DNA of 52,078 nt from Octopus bimaculoides (taxonomy: Eukaryota): the NCBI RefSeq assembly GCF_001194135.2, contig NC_068984.1, positions 75,768,418 to 75,820,495 on the forward strand, in the 5' to 3' direction. The stretch's first letter is position 1. Each line of letters starts with the position of its first letter. The position numbers and the translations under genes are program-made. Below are positions 35,871 to 47,684 of this stretch, piece by piece. Below the pieces are notes generated by a model. It ran no database searches. It had not been told where the DNA came from and saw only the letters and a list, made by a program, of their open reading frames with translations.

Positions 35871-36250
35871 TTGTACCTATAGTAGAAAGAATTATTTATG
35901 ACATCAAAGGCGATGACCTGGCAGAACCATTACCACACTGGAGAAAATGCTTAATAGCATTTCTTCCGACTCTTTACGTTCTGAATTCAAATACTGCCGA
36001 GTTAGAGTTTTGTCTTCCATTGGGTTGGATGTAATCGACTATCCCCCTCCCCCAAAATTCAGTGTTGTGCCTACATAAGAAAAGATTATTTATGACATTA
36101 AAGCAGTCGAGCTAACAGAATCTTTACTGCGCCAGACAAAATGCTTAGCGTCATTTCTTCCAGCTTTTTTACGTTCTGAGTTCAAATGCCACCGGGGGTC
36201 AATGTAATCGGCTTCCCCCATCGCTTCAAAATTGCTGGTTCTGTGCCAAA
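35871..36250 (+). mobile_element. Head-to-tail array of SINE family B units (3' stub 35871-35890; units ~35907-36085 and ~36101-36250)
   Basis: Heads AAGGCGATGACCTGGCAGAA and AAGCAGTCGAGCTAACAGAA; B-box-like TACGTTCTGA.TTCAAAT; tails TTGTGCC. Each unit has a different internal deletion. Confidence 0.75.
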
Positions 36251-36844
36251 ATTATGACATTAACACAAATCTTTAAGTCTTGAGCGAAAACATTTGATTA
36301 AATCAACCCTAATAATTGATAAGTACTTAATTTATTCCTGTTTGATGAAAAGCAAAGTGAATCGTTGTGAGATCTGAACTCAGAATATAACAACACATCA
36401 CTAAATACCACATTTTCTCCGCTACTCTACCGACTCTGTCACAGTAACGCCTATTTTATGTTAATCATACTAATTTTTGCTATTTTATTTTCTTAAATGT
36501 ACACCGATAGTAATAAATGTTTTATTATATTATTATAATTATACCTTCTGGGCTTATGTCTCACCGAGGCTTCGCCTTTCATCTCTCTAAGATTAATTTA
36601 ATAAACTAAATACTGATGTTGATTATGTGTGTGCGTAAACGCGCATGCGTCTGTGTGTGTGCGTTTGTGTGTTTGCCTGTGTATGTACACACATACACAC
36701 GTATATATATGTGTGTGTAAGTATGTATGTATGTATGTATGTATGCATGCATATATATATATGTGTGTGCGTGTGTGTGTGTGTAATAGAAAACCTACTA
36801 GTTCTGAATCTCTGAGCGAAAATTATGCAGCAACAGTACTTTAG

Positions 36845-37244
36845 AGTAAAGTTTATTTGCCAATGTAAAGTGGCAGTCCTGATTAGGACGAATGCTACTG
36901 CTATTTAGCTCCAGGAAAACATCTTCTCCAGCTGGTTATCGACGGACTAACTGCGTCCTTATACTTCGAGCAAGGGAGCTAGTGTCCCCACTCAGCTCAA
37001 AACGATATCTGTGCTGCCATCTCTAGCCAAGCGATTATTCTGTACTGATGAAGAGAAATAACCCAGAAACCATTGGTACACAGATGTCGCTTTGAGCTGA
37101 GTGGGGACTTTAGCTCCCTTGTTCGAAGTATAAGGACGCAATTAGTGCGTCGATAACCAAATGGAGATGTTTTCCTGGAGCTAAATAGTAGTAACATTCG
37201 TCCTAATCAGGACTTTCACTTTATGTTGGCAAATAAACTTTACT
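36845..37244. repeat. 400-bp foldback: ~167-bp inverted arms with a 65-bp spacer (MITE-like or Penelope-derived inverted repeat)
   Basis: Left arm 36845-37013 (AGTAAAGTTTATTTGCCAA...GATATCTGTG) is the reverse complement of right arm 37079-37244 (CACAGATGTCG...TTGGCAAATAAACTTTACT), with scattered mismatches and one 3-nt indel. Confidence 0.9.
37039..37084 (+). ncRNA. Degenerate hammerhead-like motif in the foldback spacer
   Basis: UCUGUA-CUGAUGA-AGAGAAAUAACCCA-GAAA-CCAUUGG-UA-CACAGA. Core words are intact, stem III ACC/GGU is good, stem I is 5 bp with an A.C closing mismatch, and stem II is weak (GAG/CCC, one mismatch). Confidence 0.45.
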
Positions 37245-37836
37245 ATATNNNNNNNNNNNNNNNNNNNNNNNNNNNNNNNNNNNNNNNNNNNNNNNNNNNN
37301 NNNNNNNNNNNNNNNNNNNNNNNNNNNNNNNNNNNNNNNNNNNNNNNNNNNNNNNNNNNNNNNNNNNNNNNNNNNNNNNNNNNNNNNNNNNNNNNNNNNN
37401 NNNNNNNNNNNNNNNNNNNNNNNNNNNNNNNNNNNNNNNNNNNNNNNNNNNNNNNNNNNNNNNNNNNNNNNNNNNNNNNNNNNNNNNNNNNNNNNNNNNN
37501 NNNNNNNNNNNNNNNNNNNNNNNNNNNNNNNNNNNNNNNNNNNNNNNNNNNNNNNNNNNNNNNNNNNNNNNNNNNNNNNNNNNNNNNNNNNNNNNNNNNN
37601 NNNNNNNNNNNNNNNNNNNNNNNNNNNNNNNNNNNNNNNNNNNNNNNNNNNNNNNNNNNNNNNNNNNNNNNNNNNNNNNNNNNNNNNNNNNNNNNNNNNN
37701 NNNNNNNNNNNNNNNNNNNNNNNNNNNNNNNNNNNNNNNNNNNNNNNNNNNNNNNNNNNNNNNNNNNNNNNNNNNNNNNNNNNNNNNNNNNNNNNNNNNN
37801 NNNNNNNNNNNNNNNNNNNNNNNNNNNNNNNNNNNN

Positions 37837-38033
37837 ACACAGACACACACACATACATACATGTATATGTATATATATATACGACTGGCTTCTTTCAGTT
37901 TCCCTCTGCCAAATCCACTCACAAGGCTTTGGTCGGCCCGAGGTTATAGTAGAAGACACTTGCCCAAGGTGACACGCAGTGGGACTGAACTGGAAACCAT
38001 GTGGTTGGTAAGCAAGCTACTTACCACACAGCC
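37837..38033 (-). mobile_element. SINE family C, 5' half
   Basis: Near-identical to 9008-9218; abuts a gap at its internal microsatellite. Confidence 0.9.
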
Positions 38034-38217
38034 TAAGGTGGCTGTTCGCAATTTACAACCGAAAGGCAACAAGTATAGTCGTCACTAAAGTGACGCAGAG
38101 TGTTAGCAAGCACCAGCATTGCTAGAAATAAGAGTTAAAACAACTCTTAGCCGCGTGAGAGCACTTTTCTAACGACTGACAAGGGAGACAAGTTCCTTAC
38201 CTCCGGTAAGCGAGACG

Positions 38218-38267
38218 GGGTCATATCAGCGCTTATTTCAGATTTGATTAATCTTCATCAGTGACTC
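38218..38267 (-). ncRNA. Type I hammerhead ribozyme with complete catalytic core
   Basis: Minus: GAGUCA-CUGAUGA-AGAUU(AAUCA)AAUCU-GAAA-UAAGCGCUGA-UA-UGACCC. Stem I GUCA/UGAC (+1 mismatch, +1 pair); stem II 5 bp; stem III A-U, U-A, one mismatch and palindromic AGCGCU. AUA cleavage triplet; predicted cut between 38224 and 38223. Confidence 0.75.
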
Positions 38268-38294
38268 ATTACTCCGTCACCAAGGGTTAAAGAC

Positions 38295-38405
<111 letters not shown>

Positions 38406-38719
38406 AAGTCATATAGCCGTGTGCCTATGTTATCAATTGTAATTATTCTAATAATAATGTTAATGTTATTGCTACCTGCTTTTATTGCTATTGTCACTTA
38501 TTTTAATTTCTTTAATCTTGTAATAATCTAATAGAAATTCCTACTAAGCTACCTCATTTCTTCTTTCCTGTTTATCTCTATAATTGCTTGTCTATTCATG
38601 TGTTTGTATGTTTGCTAATCTCTAAATCCTTTAACAGCTGGGATTTATCTGAGTATCAAACTTGTCAAAATGACATATAAGGACAAATGTTCAAACAAAA
38701 TTAGCAAACGTGTTGTTGT

Positions 38720-39090
38720 TGTTGACGTCGTTGTTTTTGTTGCTGTTGCTGTTGTTGTTTTTGTTTATCACCATGTGGCCTGAGTCGAGAGTGTCTAAGT
38801 TCAAAGACATTCCACCCATGCCAATCCAACGTTATTTACAGGCATACTATATCTTGTACTGCATTATCCTATGTAGGCATTCTCTTTCTTTTTTTAAGAG
38901 ATTTTTTTTTTGCTGTTTTGCGAGAGTGTATATGTTTGTGTGTGCATATGTGTTTGTGTGTGTGTGTGTGTATGTGTGCGTGTGGGTGATGTGTGTGTGC
39001 GTGTATGTGTGTGTGTTATTTGGGAGAATTATCTAACTGTTACTTTTAGCAGCTCGAGCGCCGATATAGAAGCTTTCTTGTTGCCCAAAT
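38720..39090 (-). mobile_element. Repeat family F, diverged, interrupted by (GT)n
   Basis: (GTT)n tail side at 38710-38760; TACTTTTAGCAGCTCGAGCG...TAGAAGCTTTCTTGTTG on the head side resembles ~1650-1705 and 29605-29650. Confidence 0.45.
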
Positions 39091-39632
39091 TACCAAACTT
39101 TTCGATATATTACAATTATCTGAAGCGTATGTTTTTCGAGGTAGTAGAACTGGGTTATGGCTGATTAAATTGAAAACGTGATGTATGATTGGTATTTATT
39201 TAATCGTATACCATGAAAAGTCGAAAAGCNNNNNNNNNNNNNNNNNNNNNNNNNNNNNNNNNNNNNNNNNNNNNNNNNNNNNNNNNNNNNNNNNNNNNNN
39301 NNNNNNNNNNNNNNNNNNNNNNNNNNNNNNNNNNNNNNNNNNNNNNNNNNNNNNNNNNNNNNNNNNNNNNNNNNNNNNNNNNNNNNNNNNNNNNNNNNNN
39401 NNNNNNNNNNNNNNNNNNNNNNNNTGTGTGTGTGTGATGCTTCGTGTCGTACAGTATTGGATGTAGGAATGGGGTGTGAGACCTACTATTGAGCTCAAAC
39501 TTTGGTTGGGTCGCGCTTCACAGCGTATATATTCTATATATACATACATATGTAGACATAGCAAATATAGACAGACAGACATATAAGGAGAGAGACAGAG
39601 ACAGAGACAGACAGATAGGCAAACATAGTTAA

Positions 39633-39700
<68 letters not shown>
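39633..39700. repeat. (AGAT)n microsatellite
   Basis: Directly visible. Confidence 0.95.
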
Positions 39701-39701
<1 letters not shown>

Positions 39702-40244
39702 CAGACAGGCAGTGAGAGAGGGGGGCAAAATAGATTTAGAGAAAGATAGCTAGACAGACATAGCTAGAGAAAAAGATAGAGAGAATGAGAGATGGAGAGA
39801 TAGACAAACGGACAGATGGAATTGCAGCTGTCTGCAGTCATTACACATGGCTGCAGTCATAATATCATTGCATATGTATGTATGTATGTAATGTAATGTC
39901 TAAATTATATATGCTATAAGATTATGCATAAGATATGAGATTAGCTGTTAATAAGATTATAATTTTACGAACCATTAAACTCGCTTTTACAGATGAAAGA
40001 TTTTTAATGTTTATGTTTACACTGCGTTTCAATCGGTTTGTACATGAGCTGTTATTGGCATAATGGATAGTCGCGATGAATTTAGAAATATAGGTTCCAC
40101 GTTCGGGCACAGTCAGTTACTATGTATAGATCAAGAATTAAGGCAGTTGGTAATGATCAGAGATCAAACCGGTTGAAACTCAAAGTAAATATGAATATTG
40201 ATTTCTTACATAGGAACAATGCCAGAAATTTGAGGATCGGAGAA

Positions 40245-40415
40245 CAGTCATTTATGTCGAGCCAAGTACTTGACTGGTGCTTTATTTTTTATCGACCTCG
40301 GAAGGATAAAAAACAAGATTTATCTCGGTGAAATTTGAACTCAGAATGTAAAGATCCGGAACAAATACCGGAACGCATTTTTGTCGATGAACTAAGGATT
40401 GTGCCAATCTTCAGC
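40245..40415 (-). mobile_element. SINE family B, old diverged copy (similar relics at ~42900-43060, 43325-43468, 45027-45232, 49675-50050)
   Basis: Shared diagnostic GACTGGT..TTTATT...ATCGACC..G.AGGAT.AAA...AAATTTGAACTCAGAA. Confidence 0.65.
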
Positions 40416-43400
40416 CCTTTTAGTTTTGCAAATACTATAAAAGAAAAATTGTCTATAAAGAAGAGTTAAATGGTTCGAAAAGTTATGACCGTATGTATAA
40501 TCAGGAATGTGAACTCTCAAGAAGCCCAGACCACCTAGGTTTTATATCGATTCCACGTAGTTGATTCCCGTTTTTCCGAAAGATCTTTATCTGACAGGCG
40601 TCATAGAAATGAATGATCAACATCGCACAGTTCAGGACGTTATGACATCTTGTTCTCGAATTTCCTCCGTAATAAAGAGAATTTAAAATCCCGTTTGATG
40701 GATTCCTCTTCTCGGAGATATCCTGGCCTTTTCCAATGATTTTTATCATGATCCATCACAAGCACTATGATGCTTTTATATTAGAGTTTAGGGTTATAAA
40801 AAACAACTGCTTTCTTTTTAGTAGTGATAAGGCCTTATGTAATTTATTTAGAATAGAAATGTTTGTTTGTTTTTTTCTCAAATTTCGACCAAAAGTTGGA
40901 GTCATGACATAGTTACTGCTTTGGTTCTCTATCTCGGCTCGGATTTTATCACTTTCTCTACGAAACTTGCCTTTTACATAGAACCTGATTCAGAGAAAAT
41001 ATAGAATTGTCAATGTCATGCCTTTCCAAATCTTTTGTAAGTCCAAGCTCAATCGGCCAGTACTCATCCTTAAATCTTCTGTAATATTGTTCAAAGTATT
41101 TGAATTCCCAGCACTCTCCATAAAAGAATTTTAACTTCAGCTGGGGTGTTAGTACTCGAGCTTGGGAAGTGCTACTTCCAAATCATTAACAGAAAAGTGT
41201 ACGTGAAATGAACTGAAACATTTTCGACCAGTCGGATCGCCGAATCAAGTCACTTATAGCTTATACCTTGCTTTACAACGCCCACCCGACGAGAAAAATA
41301 TGTCTGCAAACTGTTATATCTCTAGAGAATATTATGAAGGTATGATGTTTATATATTTCCCAAATATATCGGCAGTTTAGACTTCATCTTTTATCTGGTT
41401 TAGCATCAACACTTGACCCCTGAATGTCTTTAACAAAATTACCTCTGCTGTTGCAAGTGTCTGAATCTGTTCTCAGATCATAGATTAACTTAATATGTTG
41501 ATGTGATGTTTCTTATTTCAATAACCCATTAGCGGCAATTTCTTCCTCCATATCTCCACCAAATATGTCTATGTGGTTAAGAAGTTCGGTTCGCAACTAG
41601 CTAGTTCCGGACTCGACTTCATTTCGCTGCATGCTACTTAAGTGTATTCTACCATAGCCATGGGATAGTCATAACCTTGTGAGTTAAATTTGGTAAACAA
41701 AAACTGTGTGGAAGCCTGTTAGCTGGATCGTTTGTGGTCTTGGATGATAAACTTAGTTTATCGCTTGGCTTTCGATTGCCTTTAAGAGAGTCCATTCTGT
41801 TGTAAGAATTCTGGGCCAGGTCTCCGGTATGAGAACTTACTCCCTTTCGCCCAAAAGTCATGGGGACGCTAGTTATAACAAAGCTATTAAAAAGTGTCTT
41901 GGCTATCAAGCAAAAAGTTATCGATACTGACTTTGTTTATCTGACCAAGCCAATGAAAAATGTTAATAAGGAAAATGTCTGATCGGGAATCGAAACTGTA
42001 CCTCGAATTCGACATGTGTTAAATTGGCGTATTTCATACTCTATGATGATTGTTAGCCGGGACAGACAAATACGTAACCTTATTTTTAGATCTGGAATTA
42101 CTAAACGAATTTTGAAGTCATCTTTATGTTCAATGAAAGAGTTAAGAATTTCGACTACGTAACAAATGCATTTAACTAGACATTATAATTTCTCAGAAGT
42201 TGAGTCATAAACACAGAATATATATTTATTATATCATCTTCTAACTATATGGATCTATTAATATTCCAATAAAAATTCCCATTTAAACTCTACTAACATC
42301 ATAAAATAAGTATAAAAGGCATTAAAATTTTTGAAAACGATGTGAGCTGAGTATAGTATTCTTAATACTTCTATTATATTCGTCTTATAGGTGGTGGAAT
42401 TGGCAAATTCTCGTAGAATATAAGATAAATTCCAGAAAAGTTTAATCTGCGACTTGATTTCCAGTTCTAGTTGGATTCATTTCATTTCATTTACGTCACT
42501 GTCATGTTAATAGCATGAAGTTCACAACATTCATTTCATTCTTCCCCAAAAGCAATAGGTTGATTTTCCTATTGGACCATGTGCTTTTTGACAAATAAGT
42601 GTATTTTTGTACACCAATAACAAATATTTTATAATTAACAATAAACGTTTATTTTGATAGTTAATATTGGCAAAACTTCATATATTCTTAGGAAAGAGAA
42701 TATAGTCAATGATCCCTCAGATTTTCACCAATAGCTATCCGGAAATGTTGATGCTTTAAGCAATAATAATTTACATTCAAAGCAGGTGTGCGGGTTTCAG
42801 ATTTTCATGCAGCTTATCAAGAACACGTTTATTTATTATATGTATACAACATTAGTACAGCAAATGTGCATGTATGTAGCTAAAAGGAAAAGATGGACAT
42901 CGTGGATTAAATTGGTACATAGGAGTTATTTTTATTGACCGTGAAGGAATAAAATACAAATTTAATCTTAGCAGAATTTGAACTCAGAACATACAGAAAC
43001 TTTACTAAATATCTCAAACCAACTTTTCCGATGTCCAATCAGTTCTTCCAATTTATCGCCCTAATGCGTATTTATATTAGTCAATGTTTGTTTTGATTCA
43101 ATCCAGGTTTCGTCCATTCTTCCTTATTTCTTTATCTTTGTTCTGTGCGATACCACGCGTCATTCTGTTCTTGGACGGTTCCAATAACCATAACAGTTTT
43201 TCTATGAGAAATGCTTACGAGCCTCTCACTAAACCCTTTTTCCATTTCTAGAGAGATGAACACTATGAGTGGATCCCTACGATTCTACTCACGGTGTTAC
43301 GTCGTAACCGATTCCGAGAGAAGAATAGACCTCTGTACTTGACTGGTACTTTATCGTACTCAAGAAGATTAAAGGCAAAGTTAACCTCGACTAGATTTGA

Positions 43401-45320
43401 ACTCAAAACGTAGGTAAGTGAGACAAATATTGCAAGTGGTTAAAATGATGTTCTGCCAATTCACCCCCTATGTTACTTGCTACAGAAAATACAAAATTCG
43501 AAATATTTTGATGAGAAAATATAAATTTGATATATTACAGTGAAATATGTATCTACTGCACTCGCGTTCGCTTCTAGGGAGATTTCGTATCACTCCTCTC
43601 TGAAGTATATTGTGGCTTTTAACACTACATGTCTTTAAAGGAGTTTTTCCCGGGTGATAAAATCAGATCCTGGCACTTAAACAATACACGTACGTTAGGT
43701 ATGTGGCATTGATAATGTTTTATTTATATATTTTTTCTATATTACTTTTTTTCTTTTTCATTTGTTTTTCTTTTTGTCTTTTGACTTAGTCGGAATGTGA
43801 TGAGACGTCAGTTCCCTTGACCGTTGAAGTCAGTCCGAGTCTGGTGAAATCAATATGGTCTGTGTCCAAATGTAATCTATCGCTACTGCAAAAAAAAGTG
43901 CGTAGGTGGGTATAGAGCTACGGATGGTTAATGTTCTGAATCGGAAGGATTTGGTCGAAGTGGTTAGTTTCAGGATCAAAAGGCTGGAATATATTTGGGG
44001 TGATGAGAATAGGAGAAAGGGGTGTGTTTGGTGGACCTGGATAGTGAATATACGTAGTTGGCTGGTCCAGAGAAGCAGAGGTCTTTGTCGTAACAACAGA
44101 ACGAAGCAGAGAGAAAGAAAGAGAGACGAGAGAACGCGTCTATGGACCAAAATTTTTAATACACATCAGTAGGATGACATTCTTTTGGGTTCGATATATC
44201 GTGTTTCATGTTATTGCCCGGTCCACAGTGATGTGGGACGTCAGTTAAACTCTTATGTGAATAGATACCATTCTGACTCTCAATTTGTGATTTCGAACAG
44301 TTCAGTCGAGAATACGACACCAAATGATCGACATAACAAGAATCAGCTTTCCCACCCGGTATGGTGTGATCGTTTGTAAAACGTGATGTTCATAAACTAC
44401 TGTTGTGTAACATAGATATAAGGCCTAAAATTTTAATGCGGCATATAATCAATTATATCGACTCCAGTAGTTGGCTGTTATTTTATAGACCCAAGAATGC
44501 CGCAAAGTCGACTTCAGAAGTATTTTTATTCAGACGATAAAAGACTTTAACTAAATACCACCAAAAATTTTATCTGAAAAGCCATATCTTTATATGAAAG
44601 GGGAAATTCGAGTACAAAGACCTCATACTTCGTTGGTACTTATTTTACCGATACCAGAAGGACGGGATTTGAACTGCAGGCGTCATTGTACTTAACGTTA
44701 TGCCTCAAAGTATCTTGTCTTACACTCTTTGCTGACTATCAATCACTGATCTATCAACAATACTAAAAACGGTGATAACTGAATTATCAATTCAGTTAAC
44801 TCACTTTCAAACCTCATTCTACCGTCTTAAAAATAAATAAAATTGGACGATGTGAGCGTATAAGCACTGTGTCTGTGTAACTGAAAAACACGAAAATGAC
44901 AAGATGGCCGTCGTTAGAATGCTTTTGATCACTGGTCTGCTTGATCAGAACTTACCTAGATCTAAGTAGTATTAATAATAATAATAATGATAGGAGGAAG
45001 AAGAAGAAGAAGAAGAAGAAGAAGAAGACGGACGAAATGCTGTTAAGCATTTTGTCCGGCGTGCTAGCGGTTCTGCCAGCTCGCCGCTTTAATGATTATA
45101 ATAATAATAATAATTTCAATTTTTGGTACAGTGCCAGCATTTCCGAAGAGGGGATAAGTCGATTAAATTGATCCTAGTGCGCAACTGGTACTTACTTTAT
45201 CGACCTCGAAAGGGCGAAAGGCAAAGTCACACTCAAATTAAACCCTGTCGCCTTAAAGAATGAAGAACATATTAAATAACGTGGTCGCAAATACACAATA
45301 TCTAAAATAAATGGTGGGAC

Positions 45321-45651
45321 GGTCAATCCCACTGCGTGGCACCTGGGGTAAGTGTCTTCTGCTTTAGCCCCGTGCCAACCAGAGCCGTATGAGTGGATTT
45401 GGTCGACGGAAACTGAAAGAAACCCTTCATATATGTGTGTCTTTGTCTTTGTGTTTGTCCCCCGTCGCACCTTGACAGTTGCTTTTGGTTTGTTTGTGTT
45501 CCCGTAACTTATCGGATCAGCAAAAGCAAAACGACAAAATAAGTACCAGACTTAATAAAATTAGTGCTCGTGTCGGTTTGTTCGACTAAACCATTGAAGG
45601 TGGTGCCCCAGCTTGGCCACAGTCTAATGAGTGAAACAAGTAAAAGATAAA
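45321..45651 (+). mobile_element. SINE family C, slightly 5'-truncated
   Basis: CCCACTGCGTGGCACCTGGGGTAAGTGTCTTCT...GGAAACTGAAAG...CCCGTAACTTA...GGTGGTGCCCCAGCTTGGCCACAGTCTAATGAGTGAAACAAGTAAAAG. Confidence 0.85.
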
Positions 45652-45942
45652 CAGATTGCTTGCTTAGGGTTGACCTGAAACTAAACAACCACGACGACGA
45701 CGACACGAAGACGATAAATTTTGCATTATGAATAAGTCGTTTGACATGAGCAGTTTTTCAGTGCACACTTTGTCAATAAACGGATTAGTGTCAAGTACCA
45801 GTTGTTAACACCAGCTGACCCTGGGGAATCATTTAACACCTGAGATACGATATCATGATAAGTAAATTTTTGTTTATTGCACTAATCAGCATGGGTCCAA
45901 CGCCATTTGACACAGGTTGTATTCTGAGTTTATAAAGTTTTC

Positions 45943-46112
45943 ACAGGCATGGGCGTGTGGTTAAGGAGCTTGCTTCCCAACCATGTGGTCTTGGGTTCAG
46001 TCCACTACGAGATACATTGGGCAAGTGTCTTCAGCTATAGCCTCAGACCGACCAAAGCCTTGTAAGTGAATTTAGTAGTCGGAAACTGAAAAGAAGCTCG
46101 CCCGTTCCGCGC

Positions 46113-46174
<62 letters not shown>

Positions 46175-46290
46175 CGACGCGTGTGTTTATGTTGTGTTTT
46201 CCCCACCCCAACTGCTTGACAAACGGTAAGAGACCGACAGAATAAGTTCCGGATTTTAAAACAAGTATCGGAATCGATTTGTTTGATAAA
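45943..46290 (+). mobile_element. SINE family C with expanded internal (GT)n and a 3' deletion
   Basis: Head GGCGTGTGGTTAAGGAGCTTGCTTCCCAACCATGTGG..GGGTTCAGTCC; (GT)n at ~46115-46172. Confidence 0.8.
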
Positions 46291-47559
46291 AGAAGAAAAA
46301 GAAGAAAAGATTCGGCCCTTCATTTTCAAGCGCTATTCATATGCAGTTCGCAAAATCTTTCTCCAGAAAATTTCCTAAGATTATCAAACGTAATAGAGTG
46401 AAGTAATATATTCAAAAATAGTTTTAGTTCTCATCTGCGTAGAGCTGCATAACATTTGGAGCCCCTGGAAAGATTATTCATTAACTAAATTAGTAGAATA
46501 TAATTACAAATGGTATATCATTTTCGTGCAAAATATAAACCTTTGTCAGAGTCAAACTATATTTAAAAAAAACATTGTTACGTACTCCGTCCCCGTTGAC
46601 GTGATTCATCCAACCTTCGTCAGATTTCTCACGAAGCGGCCTGTCATTCTTCTCGTCGGAATTCTTTCCGTTGGAACTCTCTCCTGTCCACATCTTCCGG
46701 CAGACATTGATTTACAAACATTTGTACTGATCAAAAAAGGTCAAAAAGGGTAAAGACAACCCTCAAATTTTGATTTAAAAAGGTTGATTTGAATTAGAAT
46801 TTCGGTAATGCAATAGGGTTTGAAAATTATCTTAGCAACACAGTGATAACTCTGGATGTAGTTTTTTTCCATTAGACCCCCTTAGTGAACTATTATCTTT
46901 AAAAAGAAATTAAAAACGTTGTGATGATATCACAGAGAGCAATTTATGTATTTTTAATTTCTATTTATCTATTTATTTTCAGGTTTGATCCGTACGTAAG
47001 CAAGCGTGTTGTGACCCGTCATATCTCGTAACTGATTTTAATGCAAACGAGATAAAAGGAATTAACATATCCTTTTGCAAATATTACCCTTTGCTGCTGA
47101 GATAAAGAATATTAAATGATTTCCTCAGACTTGCTCAACAAGATCATAACATAGCAGGAAAGTGGCAGTAGTGCGTACTGCTCCCAAGGTTCCATGTTCA
47201 ATTTCTAATCAAGAAAACATTGAACATTTCGCACACCTTTACTGCTTATAGTCATTGTACGACAGCAGTCATGCTGGGGCACCATCTTTAAGAGAGTTAG
47301 TCGATCGCATCAACTCAGTTCTTATAACAGTTTGATGCATATTTCTTCAATATTTATTATCGATTACTTAAGTTATCCTTTCATGTAGAGTGATGCAACT
47401 CGACATATACAGACACATATGTACGCACAAGCAAACCAACATACACGTACATATTTTCACATATATCCATTAATGTGTGCGTGCACACACACATGTACAT
47501 ATATACATACATAACTTCTACTTTAAAATGACCTCATTTGTTACTACAGAACATGTGCA

Positions 47560-47684
47560 CAAAGTAGGATGAATGCCAACTTTAGATGTTCGAAGGTAGG
47601 TTTACCATTTGGCTCGTTCTGTTTTATGCCTGCCTAATGAAAAGCAAATTTCGGCAACCGGGCAAAGCCGAGTGACTCGGCTAG
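47560..47684 (+). mobile_element. Probable Helitron 3' terminus
   Basis: GCAACCGGGCAAAGCCGAGTGACTCGG-CTAG|T: GC-rich subterminal hairpin, then CTAG, then T, the canonical Helitron 3' end. The 5' TC end was not identified. Confidence 0.55.

Noticed and set aside
35677-36264. CRISPR-like repeat-spacer array
   Set aside because: Eukaryotic context; the repeated word is short and degenerate, and the intervening units are SINE copies rather than unique spacers.
43800-44120. Possible LINE apurinic-endonuclease remnant (minus, AIDYIW...SHHIP)
   Set aside because: Only one short motif across frameshifts; too weak to annotate.
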